A stretch of 64,000 nt of DNA from Pavona decussata (taxonomy: Eukaryota), in contig CDRNST010000060.1 in the NCBI GenBank assembly GCA_977016875.1, positions 2,046,001 to 2,110,000 of the forward strand. The letters run 5' to 3'. Shown in pieces: positions 52,332 to 64,000 of the stretch (positions are counted from its first letter, which is position 1; the number at the start of each line of letters is the position of its first letter). The position numbers and the translations under genes are program-made. The notes under the pieces were generated by a model. That model was not told the origin of the DNA. It made no database searches and saw only the letters and a list, made by a program, of their open reading frames with translations.

Positions 52332-54600
52332 GGTGACGCCTTGAAGCAAGCCTCAGTAAAACCTCAACTGCGATACTAATACTCGAGCACTGTTGTGCAA
52401 TTTCTTTTATGCAAAGCGCAATGGGCGGAATCAATCAGATGATGAGCGTCTTGTCATTTTGGAAACAATTAAGAAGCTGAGGTCTAGCCTAGGTACAATG
52501 GGTCAATTTAGTATTGGCGCATACATACCAGCACGTACAACTATACATATTTAACCAGTTGAGAAAAAAGAGAAAATATTTTCTTCATTGAGCGGGGTAT
52601 CAACATAATAAGCCGAACACTGCAGTTTTTAAAACATCTAGGCACCGAATTGTGAGAAGGCATTGGAGACCTCAGCGGACCCCAGGACGTGCTTTTTTCA
52701 TTCGCTAATCTATTATTGTAAAAAAAAAACTTTCGTCGGTAATACAGTTAAGCTCACTTTCAACAAATGTTGTTTTCAAACAAGGTACTTTAAATCAATT
52801 TTTCGGTGTTTTTGCAGTTTAGTTTAATAAACCCACGAAGTTTTCTCACGCTGCAATGCGCAAGTGACTTAATTATTCACATCCATCAGACTGAAGCCAT
52901 TTTAATTTTTTGTTTCAACTGACAAACGTCAAGTGCCACTTGATGGTGCCACCCCACTTTCACGAAAAAAAAAAAAAACACCTGATTACACAGCACACTT
53001 GGTTGAACTTTGAATACCGAGCGCCAGATTGACATGTTTTAAAGTTAAGACGGTTTTACTCAGTTACCAAACGTTGGCAAACCCATTTTTGCAAATACTC
53101 TTCTCTTGGGCCATATCAAACTTATCATGCTAAAGTTTTGCAGCAATAGTTGAGAAATTCCAATCACCTTAAAATCTCTATTTTCTTGCCGGATTTTCCG
53201 ATTGAATAGATGTGGTGTAAGGTTAGTGTGGACGTATTAAGTACAAAAATTTAACTTGACAAAAGAGAAAATATTTCACCATTGAACAAGGTATCACTGA
53301 TACAAGTTGAAAACGCAAAGTTTCGCCAAAGCTAAGTGTAAGATTTTGTCTCAGATGAGAAAACATTGGAGACCTCAGTTGCCCTCATGTGTTGCTAAAT
53401 TTGGTAATTTATTCTTACACGAAACGTTCGGCTGTAAAACATTTAAGTTCACTTTCAAACGTTTTTTTTTTTAACCAAGATACATTTTTCGGTGTTCTGT
53501 CAGTTACGTTCGATGAATTCACGAAGTATTTTCACGCTGCAGTATGAAAAGAGCAGGTTTCAATTAAAATTAAAATAAGACGTGTTGACTCAGTTGGAAA
53601 GCACTCGAAAGTTAAAATATAAAGCAAAAGTTAAAACGCTAAACTGCAATCGTGAAAGACTGTGCTGACCAGCTTTGTATATTGCTCTATTGCTCTAATC
53701 ACAAGAATACAAATAACTTTAGTGTCACTGGATATGCAGAGTAAAGCATGGTGCAGTACATTTGTGTAATCTGTCGTGGACGAATTTTATTGGTTTGGCT
53801 GAACTTTTGTGATTGTCATGCCATCAGTAGTTGCTCATTCGCTACTACATGTGACAGTCGGAAGTTGGACCCAACTGGGCCAATCTAGTAGTTGCTCATT
53901 CGGTACTACATGATCCAAACTGTAAATCTACTGGCCGTTTCTTATTGTCTGGATTTATATTATTGGGATAAACATTCACGATGAAAAGCTTTGTTAATTA
54001 ACCGCCCAACTATGCACTATGCACTCCTGGGTGCTTTACATTGGATTAATGTAAATATTCCTTCTCTTTTGCAGAGCTATATTGAAGTTATCTTGTCAAA
54101 ACTTTTACAGCGATAATCGCCGGAGAAATGTCAGTTATGTTAAAGTCTCATGTTTCTTCATTTTCCGATTCAACAGTGTTCTCCTTCGCTAGCTGGAAGG
54201 AGCGTTGTGTGACGACACCAAGAACGGCTGCGTACATTGGATCATGGAGACTATAATTTAACAGGATCAAGTGCAAATTAATATAGTCTAAGCGCGTTGC
54301 AGTTCCATTCCAGCATGGGGTAATATTTTTTAACTTCCAGAGAAAAGAAACGAAAATTGATCTTCATCGTTGCACAAGACACAGCCAGAGAAACGTTCAT
54401 TTAAATAAAATGATGTCACCATCTACCAATTGCTGGCTGGCGTTGTTTATTTTCGCTAAGTTGGCAAGCTTTAAAAACCAAACAATGCACTTGTTCTTGG
54501 CTTCCTTACACTGGACCAATGTAAATACCCTGTCTCTCTAGCACACTGAAACTTTGAAGCAACAATTGTGAACCTTCTGTCATCTTCTCAAGCAGTTTAA

Positions 54601-55255
54601 GGCCTGGGTCAAGGGCTTTTAAGAGGAAAAACGGTTTATTCTAGATAACTTTAACAAATTCAATGGCACTGAACTGAAATTTGGAAGATAAAAAGATCTC
54701 ATTATTCTGAAAATTTCTAAGCATAACAAGTAGTGCTATAGATCACGTGACATGTCACGTGATCATTTTTGTGAAAAAAGCAAAGATTTGACAGGTAGGC
54801 GACGGTTTTAAGAGATAACATTAAACAAAAACGCGTTTCTAATAAAGATTAAATATCTCCATCGCTTCACGTTTGGAATGATCGTCCATTGTTTTCCAGA
54901 AAAAAATTATCAGGGCAAAGGTCATTTTTTAGTCCACAATTCAACCTTTGATCGTTAATTTCTCATATTTAAAAACTTACGGACAGTCATTCCAAACGTA
55001 GAAAGTTAAATATTTAAAATCTGCTTCGGAAACACTAATTCAGTTATCTTTATAAGGAAAATTCGCCGCCATATCGCCGATTTACGAAATTCTCATTTTT
55101 TGGTCACGTGATGTGTCACGTGATCAAAATTATACGTTAAGGCAAAAGAAAACAGCAAGTTTAATATTCAGGGAAAATTTCATCCTGTTCTAGGCAGACA
55201 AACCGAAGATATAGGGGATCATTCATAATTTCTGAACACCCTTCAAACCCAGGCC
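54601..55255. mobile_element. Non-autonomous TIR element (Kolobok-like, TTAA/TTAG flanks)
   Basis: ttaa|GGCCTGGGT...ACCCAGGCC|ttag, with two internal TCACGTGA-x4-TCACGTGA palindromes. Confidence 0.6.
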
Positions 55256-56434
55256 TTAGACTGCTTGAGTTTTCAAACCTAAATTTTCCTCATTTTTCGC
55301 TATCTCCCTGTTTAAACATCCTAAAAGTTTTAAAAACTCTGAAATTCTATTTCTTGCGACCTTGCATGACGAAAGAAGGTTAATTTGATGCAGAAAACAT
55401 TCATTTACATATAATGCAGCCAGCAGCCCGGTGTTGTTTGATCACCTCAAGTTACATTTGTCTAGATATGATCGAAAGAAGATCAAAGGGCTCTGTTAGC
55501 GAACTCGTGAATTGAACAAGATAATGAAATGATGTTTTGGATTATGTCCACGTGTCCGAAATCCTTTCTAGGTCCAAACGACGGCTTCTGTCAACGCTGT
55601 ATAAAATCGGAGGGGCTTTTAATTTTGCTTAAGTTGCTATTTTGGCTTTATCCAACATGGAATACATGTATATATAGAAATGCGTGAAGCGTTGCAGTAC
55701 TCAGTGGTTATCGCTAAACATTCGCAAATTTTCAGTGTTTAATTAAATTTGTTCTGGTGTATCAATCTTATCCACTGAAGGTGTGAAGGTCTCGATATTG
55801 AAAAGAGACGTTATTGTCGAATGACCCTTCTTTCGGGCAATCTGGCATCATCTTGAATTGCAATGCATTGTGGGGCGTCCACGGGAAAGCCTCTAACAGC
55901 GTTGTCCTCAGGGTTTCCGCGAAATCAAAAAAGGCCGGCGTTGGTTTGGTGTCATAGCGAGTCCTCGGGCTTGCGTGCAATGTGTACGTCCCGGCCATGA
56001 AAAAAAAAGGCTACAGTTGTCTCTTATTTCTCTCAGCGATAGTTTAGCGTATTTAGCGAGGGAAATACTGGCACGCGACAATCGCCTCGCGGCAGGAACG
56101 CAACACGCGGGTATGAAAAAAAAAAAAAAAAACAATTCGATGATATCCGCGATATCTCGAACTCTGATCTCTCGAACAAATTTTTGCTTCCACTGAAGAT
56201 TCGAGAAATCGGGATTTTACTCCATGCACTGTACCCTTCACAAGCAAAGTAACCAACCTCGAAGCCTCTAGAAATATTCAAGGCCAAGGGAATAGAGGGG
56301 AAACATTTAAGAGTTTGAGGATAATAATGTACAAGTGAATCGTCAACGCGCGGTTCGTCAAAAGAAGTTTTGTATTAATTTTGTTTTAAATCTCATCTGA
56401 TCTCGTAAAACGTCAAACAAATTAAATGCCACCT

Positions 56435-56840
56435 TAAAGAGAACCTCCACTCTGACAACAGACTGCCTTTTAATTGTTGGAAATAATGACTAAATTCTAA
56501 ATTTTAGTTTGAAAGGTAGAAATGAGACTCAACTGTGATAAAAATTGGATCAGAATGATTATCGCCTCTTTTCGCTTTTAAATTTCCCGCGCGCCGCCAT
56601 GTTGGATTTTATGACGTCGTTCGGTGGCCGCTGTTGTCAGTAAGTAGAGGTTCAACTGTATGACAACTGTTTGATGTCATGAAATCCAACATGGCGGCGC
56701 CCAGGAAATTTAAAAGCGAAAATAGGCGATAATTAAATCCTGTACTGTTTTGTCCGACACAGAAATATCGAAATGTGAAATTAGATTGTATTTTCAGCTA
56801 TTCAACGTTAATTTATTTCAAGAGTTAAGGTTTCCATTAA
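56435..56840. mobile_element. Non-autonomous TIR element with internal inverted repeats
   Basis: TTTTCGCTTTTAAATTTCC...GCGCCGCCATGTTGGATTT / AAATCCAACATGGCGGCGC...GGAAATTTAAAAGCGAAAA, with TTAA at both ends. Confidence 0.55.
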
Positions 56841-57648
56841 GACGTTTATCACTGCCTAACAACTGACTGTTCAGCTCAGGAAAGAAAACTGGTTAATTCA
56901 GGTGAAGTTCATCAAAAATCATATCAAAAGGTTGCGGCGATAGATGGATCCAGTTTTTCTTTTTCCGTTATGCAAGGGTCCCTACGTTGTCCTTATGTTC
57001 GACAGAAATCTTGTGTCAATCGTTCGGTGATAAATAAGTATGTTCACCATTTGCAGGCAAAAACCGGTTGGGATCACTGTTAAATAATTATGTAAAGGAA
57101 AGTGTAAAAAGACACGAGCAGACGAACTGAATAAGATGGCACTTACCATTTGCAATACTGCGCAACTCACCAAACTGTCATAAAAGCTTTTTTTTCATTA
57201 GGGTAATCAGTTTATGGTATAATCTGCCGAGACACACAGCTGAGAGCTTCCAGTTATTTAAATCCGGGCTCAAATTTCACTTGAAAGTCTTGGGATTTTG
57301 TAATTTTAATTTTCAATTTTTCGTTAGGAAGTTTTTGCATACGGCTAACCTCCAAACTTTCAAAATGCCTTTTTTTATATAACTGCATCTTGAATACAGC
57401 ATTTTATGTTATGTTACGTTATGTTACGGTACTTTACGTTACGTTACGTTACGTTACGTTACGTTACGTTATGTCATGTCATGTCATGTCATATCATGTC
57501 AAGTCATGTCATGTCTCCTTTATGGAAGCCATAATGCGGAATTTTTGTGACGATCCGTTCCGAACAGAAAAACGAGGACTATCTCGAAATTTTCGAGATT
57601 TGATTTGTAACCGACATTTCAGGATTACTTAAGCAAATGATGAACACC

Positions 57649-60600
57649 TCACAATTTAGCCTTAGCATGTTTTGCTTTCTCTTGTGTTCTGAGCAAGCGC
57701 CGTAGAATCTTCCCACTTGGCGATTTTGGTATCTGGTCAACAAACTCCACCCCACCCCTCAGCTTTTTCTGTGGTGGGACCTTCTTGGCGACGAATTCCT
57801 TGATTTCTTCTGACGTCACGTTCCCACGACGAACCACGAAAGCCTTCGGCAGCTCTCCGGCTTCGAGATCGGGGACACCGATCACTGCCACATCGTCGAT
57901 GCTTGGATGAGTGATCAATAACGCTTCGAGTTCGGCGGGAGGAACCTGTAAAAAAAAAGAATATATAAAACAAAAAAGAAATGAATGAATGAAGAACATC
58001 ATTTAACTTTCAGGGAGAAATTGTTGAAAATGTATCAAATTATGGCCAAGTCTGGTTGGGATTATACCGAACTAGAGAAAAAATTGCCAATATCCCAACT
58101 TTGTTTCTTTTCGCTTCAGTGAGGTTTAAAGAGCAGTGAATTGAATGTCAAAAGTAACTTAGTTTTTCAACCAAATCCAGCACGCATTTTCCGGCGCTTG
58201 ACACCATTTCCTTGGATTCGCTTCGAGTTCCCGTGGATTCATTTCTTAACGTTTTTTGCGATTGTTTAGAGTAATGAACTGCTCTATATTTACCAATTCC
58301 GATTTACATTCGCAAAGAACAGGATAGAGAAGCAGCTGACGATTAAACAAAAATAAACCGAACGAGGATACGCCTTATTGCGAAAAAAGAAACACTAGCT
58401 TATTTATTTCGTTCTTTCTCTCTCTTTTTTCATTTATTGTTATGATGATTGCTGATGAACGTTCTTGCTTCTATGAATTAATTCTTGTCTTCTAAAGGCC
58501 AGGGCGCAATCATTGTTCCTGGGTTACAATAAGACGATTATTTCAATGAAGCAGTGAATATAGGAAGTTTTTGGCCATTGGATTTTTCGCGCTCGGCTTC
58601 AGTTGTATGCTTTAATGAAATCAAAGGAATCGTTGACAAACCATAATATAATTAACAGAAGCGGCTCTAGAAGATCCCGTAAGTTGGAGACCCTTGGGCC
58701 TGGAGTTCAAAACGTTTCAGTTAGAATTAAAGATATTTCGCCCTCTGATCCTTACAAACTGGGCTTCTTCCCAGTAGATCCACAACTATTTCATAAATTT
58801 TCACCGTCAAACTGGCGTACTGCATGTATACTTATTAACACCCTTTTTAGTCGAACTCACGTCGAGCAATATTGCCATGGACGTTAATTTACCTGAAATC
58901 CTTTGTACTTGATAAGTTCTTTTAGTCGATCAACAATAAAAAAATATTCATCTTCATCGTAATGTCCGATGTCTCCCGTATGAAGCCAGCCTTCACTATC
59001 AATTGTTCGCGCTGTGGCTTCTGGGTTGTTTAGGTAACCTGTAAAAAGGTTCATGCAAATGTTACCTATCCATACAAACGAATTGCCAATGATATCAACA
59101 GAACAGCCAAACAATACACTTAGCTGACAATAGAGTGTGTGTACGGCGGCCATGTTGGAGGACTAAAACAATAGAAAATATTTCCATAAAAATAGAATAT
59201 ATTTCCCACAGGAAAATCATTGTATTGTTTCGGTCCTCCAACATGGCCGTCGTGCACACACTCTATTTGACTAACAACGGACTGAGGAAAACAATAACAA
59301 AAATTAACGTATCTGACATCACAAAAACAGACCAATCGCTGTTTTGAGTATTCGCAGCCAATAAGATTAAGGCTTAAAGGGGGAAGTGCGGTTAGATTCT
59401 TATGAAATCGGATGTGATTTAGGAAAGAAATAAGAGAGGGATAAAGAAATTTTGTACGCTCCACCAGACAGTCCACCACCCATCACCCGAAAGATCTTCG
59501 GGTTGTCAGCAGACTGTTTCGATGTCATATGATACTCTTACTTATTAACCTCAATTTCAATTTTTAACACCTTAAAATCATGTTTTCAAAAATATATACC
59601 ATCTGTTCATTAAAGCCCTCCCAGCTGACTGTTTAACAAATGGACGGCAGTTTCCTATGGTCTATACTCTTATAGACCATAAAATGGCGTCAAAAAATGT
59701 TCAAAACTCAAGTGGAACCCCGAGCCGCAGACGAGTGATTTCCCTTCCAAGTTTTGAACATTTTATGGCGTCATTTATGGTCTAAAAGAGTAAGGCCCAT
59801 AGAAAACTGCTGTCGATTTTTTTTTTTTTTACAAAAACATGGGAAAAGTACGTGCGGAATTGGCTTTATTTTCCGTTTAAAAAAGCTCGTGTGTTACATC
59901 TGACGTAATTTTTATTGTCTCTTTAACAAATCGACGGCAGTTTTCTATGATCTACACTCTTATAGACCGTAAAATAGCGTCAAAAAATGTTCAAAACTCA
60001 AGTGGAACCACGAGCCGCAGGCGAGTGGTTTCACTGCCAAGTTTTGGACATTTTATGGCGTCATTTTATGGTCTATAAGAGTATAGACCATAGAAAACTG
60101 CCGTCGATTTATTTTTTACAATAACATGGAAAAAGTACGAGCGAAATTGGCTATTTTTTTCGTTGAAAAAGCGCGCACGTTACATCTGACGTCTTTTTAT
60201 CGTCTGTACTCTTATAGACAATAGCTACGAGCCAATCAGCGCGCGGGAATTTAAACAGCTATTGTAAAAAAAAAATATTATACACAATAGCTACGAGCCA
60301 ATCAGCGCGCGCGGTAATTTTGTAAAAAATGGAGATGGTTCGTGATGTATCAGGCCCACATTCTAACGGAACAGTTTTGGATCCATAACAAACTTTCCTA
60401 TTTGTTCACACTGTACCGCTGCTTTCTGAGCCACCTCTTCGAGAAAGCTTTGTACCTGTTGCAGAGAAAGGGGTCTTAAATCCGTAATCACACGCCGTGA
60501 ACATCTTGCTAGATTTTCAAGAAAAATGCATGGCGTAACTGTGCAGATTTGGCGAGGATTCATAATTTATCGGTACAGGTCGGATTACCGTGACAGTTCG

Positions 60601-61444
60601 GATCCTTGTAAGTTTTGTAAAGCCAAAACAAAAAAATCGCCAGGTATGCCCGGTGCAGCGATTGCGATTTTCGCCCGCGATCGATGGCTTGTCAGATATC
60701 GGCGATTAAAATTCGCCGGCATTCGCCAAGTGTGCCCGTTCCCGCGATTTTCTACGTTTATTGCTGCGAATCGCCAGTAAGGCCAACCCATCAGGTTGGG
60801 CGATTTTATCACATGAGTTTTCAAAACTGCCACATCGCCGCGATCGGCGTATAAAATCGCCAGGTGTGTCCGCATCAATCGCCAGCGAAGGCGATCAAAT
60901 TCGCCGCAATCGGCGTATAAAATCGCCAGGTGTGTCGCTGGCTTAACGAAACAATTCGGATCCTTACGAAGCGATTTCGTTCAGGTGATCGAGAAAGGAA
61001 AGATCGTTGCTAATTGTAGAGAAGTTGTTACCAATATGAAGTTTTCCTCACCTTTCATAATGGTTGGCCCTTTAACGCATATCTCACCGTCCTGGTTAGC
61101 TCTCAGAATCTCGCCAGTGTCGGGATTAATAACCTAATTAGTATAAACACATTATTATCAAGTTAATTTACATTTTGAGAGAAAAAATTTCCATGGTAGT
61201 AGTTTACTATCATAGGTTACTCAAGTCATAGCTTACCTTGCATTCCAGGTTTGGAACTAACAGACCAACGGAACCATGCTTGGCTTTCCCCTCAGTTGGG
61301 ATGACGTGAGATGCTCCAGCAACCTCCGTCATACCAAAGCCTTGATGAAAAAGAGACAGGAGAAAGCAAAAAGTGAATGACCAACTGGATAACCAAACTA
61401 CCAACCGAATTGACTGACTGACGGACGAATGGACTGGCTGACTG

Positions 61445-61475
<31 letters not shown>

Positions 61476-63825
61476 AATGGACTGACTGACTGACTGACTG
61501 ACTGACTGTGAAATACAATTATCAATAGCAACAGCAACGATGGTAGGAGCAACAGAACAACACTGAACGGCAATGTCTAACCATCCATCAAACTAAACGA
61601 AACTGTAGTTGTACAACAACAACATAAATAATAACGGAAGAAGCAACCAAACAATAGCCTGCGTGCAGACGTCACTTATTTCCTATGTTCACTCTTTTCC
61701 TAGTGCAATAAAGGAAATAGGAGACGTCTGCACGCAAGCTACCAAACAACAGCTGAAAGATCTACTCCATGCCAAGTTTAAGAATTGGTCCATGCTTAGC
61801 GTGCGTATATCGAGTTATGGATGCACGCGGGAAGTTTGAAGAGCACGAGAGAAGCGTAAGAGTTGCTCGATGCGTAGCCAAGTGCACCCATAACTCAATA
61901 TACGCACAGCTAAAAGTCATGAACCAATTCTTTTATAACATAGTGACAACAAAGTATCGAAACGTGATACGCGAAAAACAGGTTTTATTTGTGATTGGTT
62001 ACAAAATTCTCTCAATGCGCTGCACCGAAAAGCAAAGGTTCTTATCTGCTGTTTACACGCCACAATGGTATGGTCTGAACGAGAAAGTTTCATCTGAAAT
62101 TGTCGATGAAAATTTGCTTCTTTAAATTAGTTTGTACAAAGTAAAACTAAGCGACGGAAACCCGAGTTTGTCTGCAAGTTGCACACGTCATTTTATGGAC
62201 GCACGGCCGTGCGTACGTTTAGAAAGTACCATGATGGCGCCAACAGGAATTAGATAGGGAAGCACGCGCACTATGTTATAAACAGAATTATTACAACAAC
62301 ACAAATAACTACAGAATGCTTCATATATACACCTACCTTGCCTTATTTGCTGCACATTAGGGAGGCGTTTCAACATGGCTTCTTCCAGCTCCTTGCTCAA
62401 TGGGGCGGCTCCACAGCCTACACGGACCAGCCTGGACAAATCATATTTATCCACTAGGGGGTGCTTGGCCAAAAACAAGACTAGTGGAGGGACGATGGGT
62501 GCATCCGTGACCTGTAACATGAAGTATTAGGGACGACACAAAACAGCAGGTTTCATGAACAAATGATGGGTCGGTATTTTTTTGTTGTCCTCTGCAAACC
62601 AACAACGTCAAGTGATCAAATTCGAGTCTTGGTGAATTTTGTCTTTCTTCCCCACAATTTAAGCTCACCATTCGAAAGGGAATAGGTTACTCAGTTGGTA
62701 TTTTTTTCATAGGATTACGTTATTTCGCATGTAAATAACGTAAACACATCAACCGTGGAATAAATCCTAGGGGTCAACGCTAAATTCAATATCGACAATA
62801 TGAGTACAATCCACTAGAATTTTCTGTGAATTTTGGTCATCAGCCATTTTGCTATGACGAATTATAGAATGTGATTACTGAAGTACATGTGAGTGGGATT
62901 TTTAAGGCCATAAAGTTGATAAGAAAGAGAAAAAAGTTTTAGATTCATGCACATGCGCTGAAATGTGAACCCCTCCCTTTAAATGCAATTTGAACGAGTT
63001 GGAATGCATAATAAATAGTTTTAAAAAGGTGATGTTATACGAGACGATTTGCAACATTGATTTTCAGCACACCGAATCCAATGAAAATTGTGCAGAAAAT
63101 CGTCGTGTCAACTTCCTACGCGACAGTGTTGCGCTGAATCGACTAGTTTAACATCACCACCACCAAGTAGGAAAAGCACTTCCCGAAGAGTACATTGTAC
63201 TCACATCATGTACTTTTGATTCAAAATGTTCAATGGAAATCGATAAAATTGCACCACCATATTGCACAGACTACTGTACATCTACACCTCATGATTGCTC
63301 AATAACGGCTACATGCGACCACAGACTCAATAGTGTATTCCAGTGAATGGATAAACAAAATGACTGCTGTGGCGAACTATAAAAAAGCTGAAATTTCGTG
63401 GCTATACTTCAAGTCTCTCGCTCTGGGAACGGAATCGGCTGAAAGCAATGAGCGACGGGCCACAGTAAAGGTAATATGAGACTTTGGCCAGAACCAAAAA
63501 GAGCCCAAGGAAAGCCTCTTGAATGTCGTGCCAAATTCTCCATCATTATAAACAGCAAGCTAACCTTGTAGTCTTGTAATGTTTTGAGGAAGGCCTCAGG
63601 TTCAAAGCGGGGGAGGAGCACCAGCTTCCTTCCAAGATGTAGACATCCACCCATCATTACCAACAGCGCGTATATGTGATAGAAAGGGAGGAGGTTGAGA
63701 ACCACTGCTTTGTCGGGAAAGATGTCATCATTGAATATCAGAATCATTGCAGCTACAAGGTTGTGGTGTGTGATCATGACGCCTTTGGACAGACCGGTTG
63801 TTCCACTTGAGAAAGGTAAAGCCAC
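57649..63825 (-). CDS. 4CL/luciferase-like acyl-CoA synthetase copy E (5' part beyond the window), peroxisomal (C-terminal AKL)
   Basis: Exons 63825-63565, 62511-62337, 61340-61237, 61133-61052, 59038-58893, 57945-57649, in frame. Motifs [30 protein letters not shown]. Ends HAKAKL*. Confidence 0.9.
59632..60320 (+). repeat. Tandem pair (~290-bp period) of palindromic elements with a CGAG-CC-GCA-GG-CGAG apex
   Basis: TTTAACAAAT(g/c)GACGGCAGTTT starts at ~59632 and ~59922. The tail ACAATAGCTACGAGCCAATCAGCGCGCG is also duplicated. Confidence 0.8.
60621..60943. mobile_element. PIF/Harbinger-type MITE of the same family as 5021-5355
   Basis: Shared internal sequence and right end GTGTGTCGCTGGCT|taa. 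Confidence 0.75.
61410..61508. repeat. (GACT)n microsatellite
   Basis: Directly visible. Confidence 0.95.
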
Positions 63826-63894
63826 CTAAATGAAGGAGATAGATGGGTGTCTGTTACCGTCATGGAACAAAGGCAACATCCCAGTTAGCTCAGT

Positions 63895-64000
63895 TGGTAG
63901 GACCCTATTGGTAAGGCACTTTGGCAGGACCCTGTTGGCAGGGCACTTTTGATAGGACACTGTTGCTATAGGACCCTGTTGGCAGGACACTTTTGGTAGG
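63895..64000. repeat. ~15-bp minisatellite (GGACCCTGTTGGCA-like) in the copy-E-specific intron
   Basis: Repeated ggaccct(a/g)ttgg(t/c)a and ggcactttgg units run to the window end. Confidence 0.75.

Noticed and set aside
15862-63825. Calling the array true luciferases or true plant 4CL (phenylpropanoid) genes
   Set aside because: ANL motifs are shared across the superfamily; the R218 equivalent appears absent and specificity cannot be assigned from sequence.
63895-64000. CRISPR-like short repeats
   Set aside because: Tandem degenerate units without unique spacers, inside a eukaryotic intron.

Overview
Intron-rich eukaryotic (animal) DNA with about 40% GC by eye. The repeat families and gene structures suggest an anthozoan cnidarian such as a stony coral (inference). 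The left end has a head-to-head pair: the first three exons of a Claspin-like gene (-) and an intronless GTF2E2 (TFIIE beta, +). From 6.6 kb to the right edge lies a tandem, same-strand (-) array of five 4-coumarate-CoA-ligase/firefly-luciferase-like acyl-CoA synthetases (ANL superfamily; copies A-E, E truncated by the window). The copies share an exon pattern but have different predicted destinations: A mitochondrial, B/C/E peroxisomal (SKL, SHL, AKL), D no signal. Between D and E, on the same strand, is a two-exon fold-type-I class-V PLP enzyme of bacterial type (CefD/cysteine-lyase-like, lacking the desulfurase Cys). The locus is therefore a candidate animal metabolic gene cluster. Introns and spacers hold many MITEs, tRNA-derived SINEs, Penelope/LINE fragments (one with a minimal hammerhead ribozyme) and palindromes sharing GNA triloops and tandem G.A mismatches. 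There is an assembly gap at 42872-43052. Exon boundaries were read by hand from GT/AG sites and frame continuity; family assignments rest on recalled motifs, not database searches.
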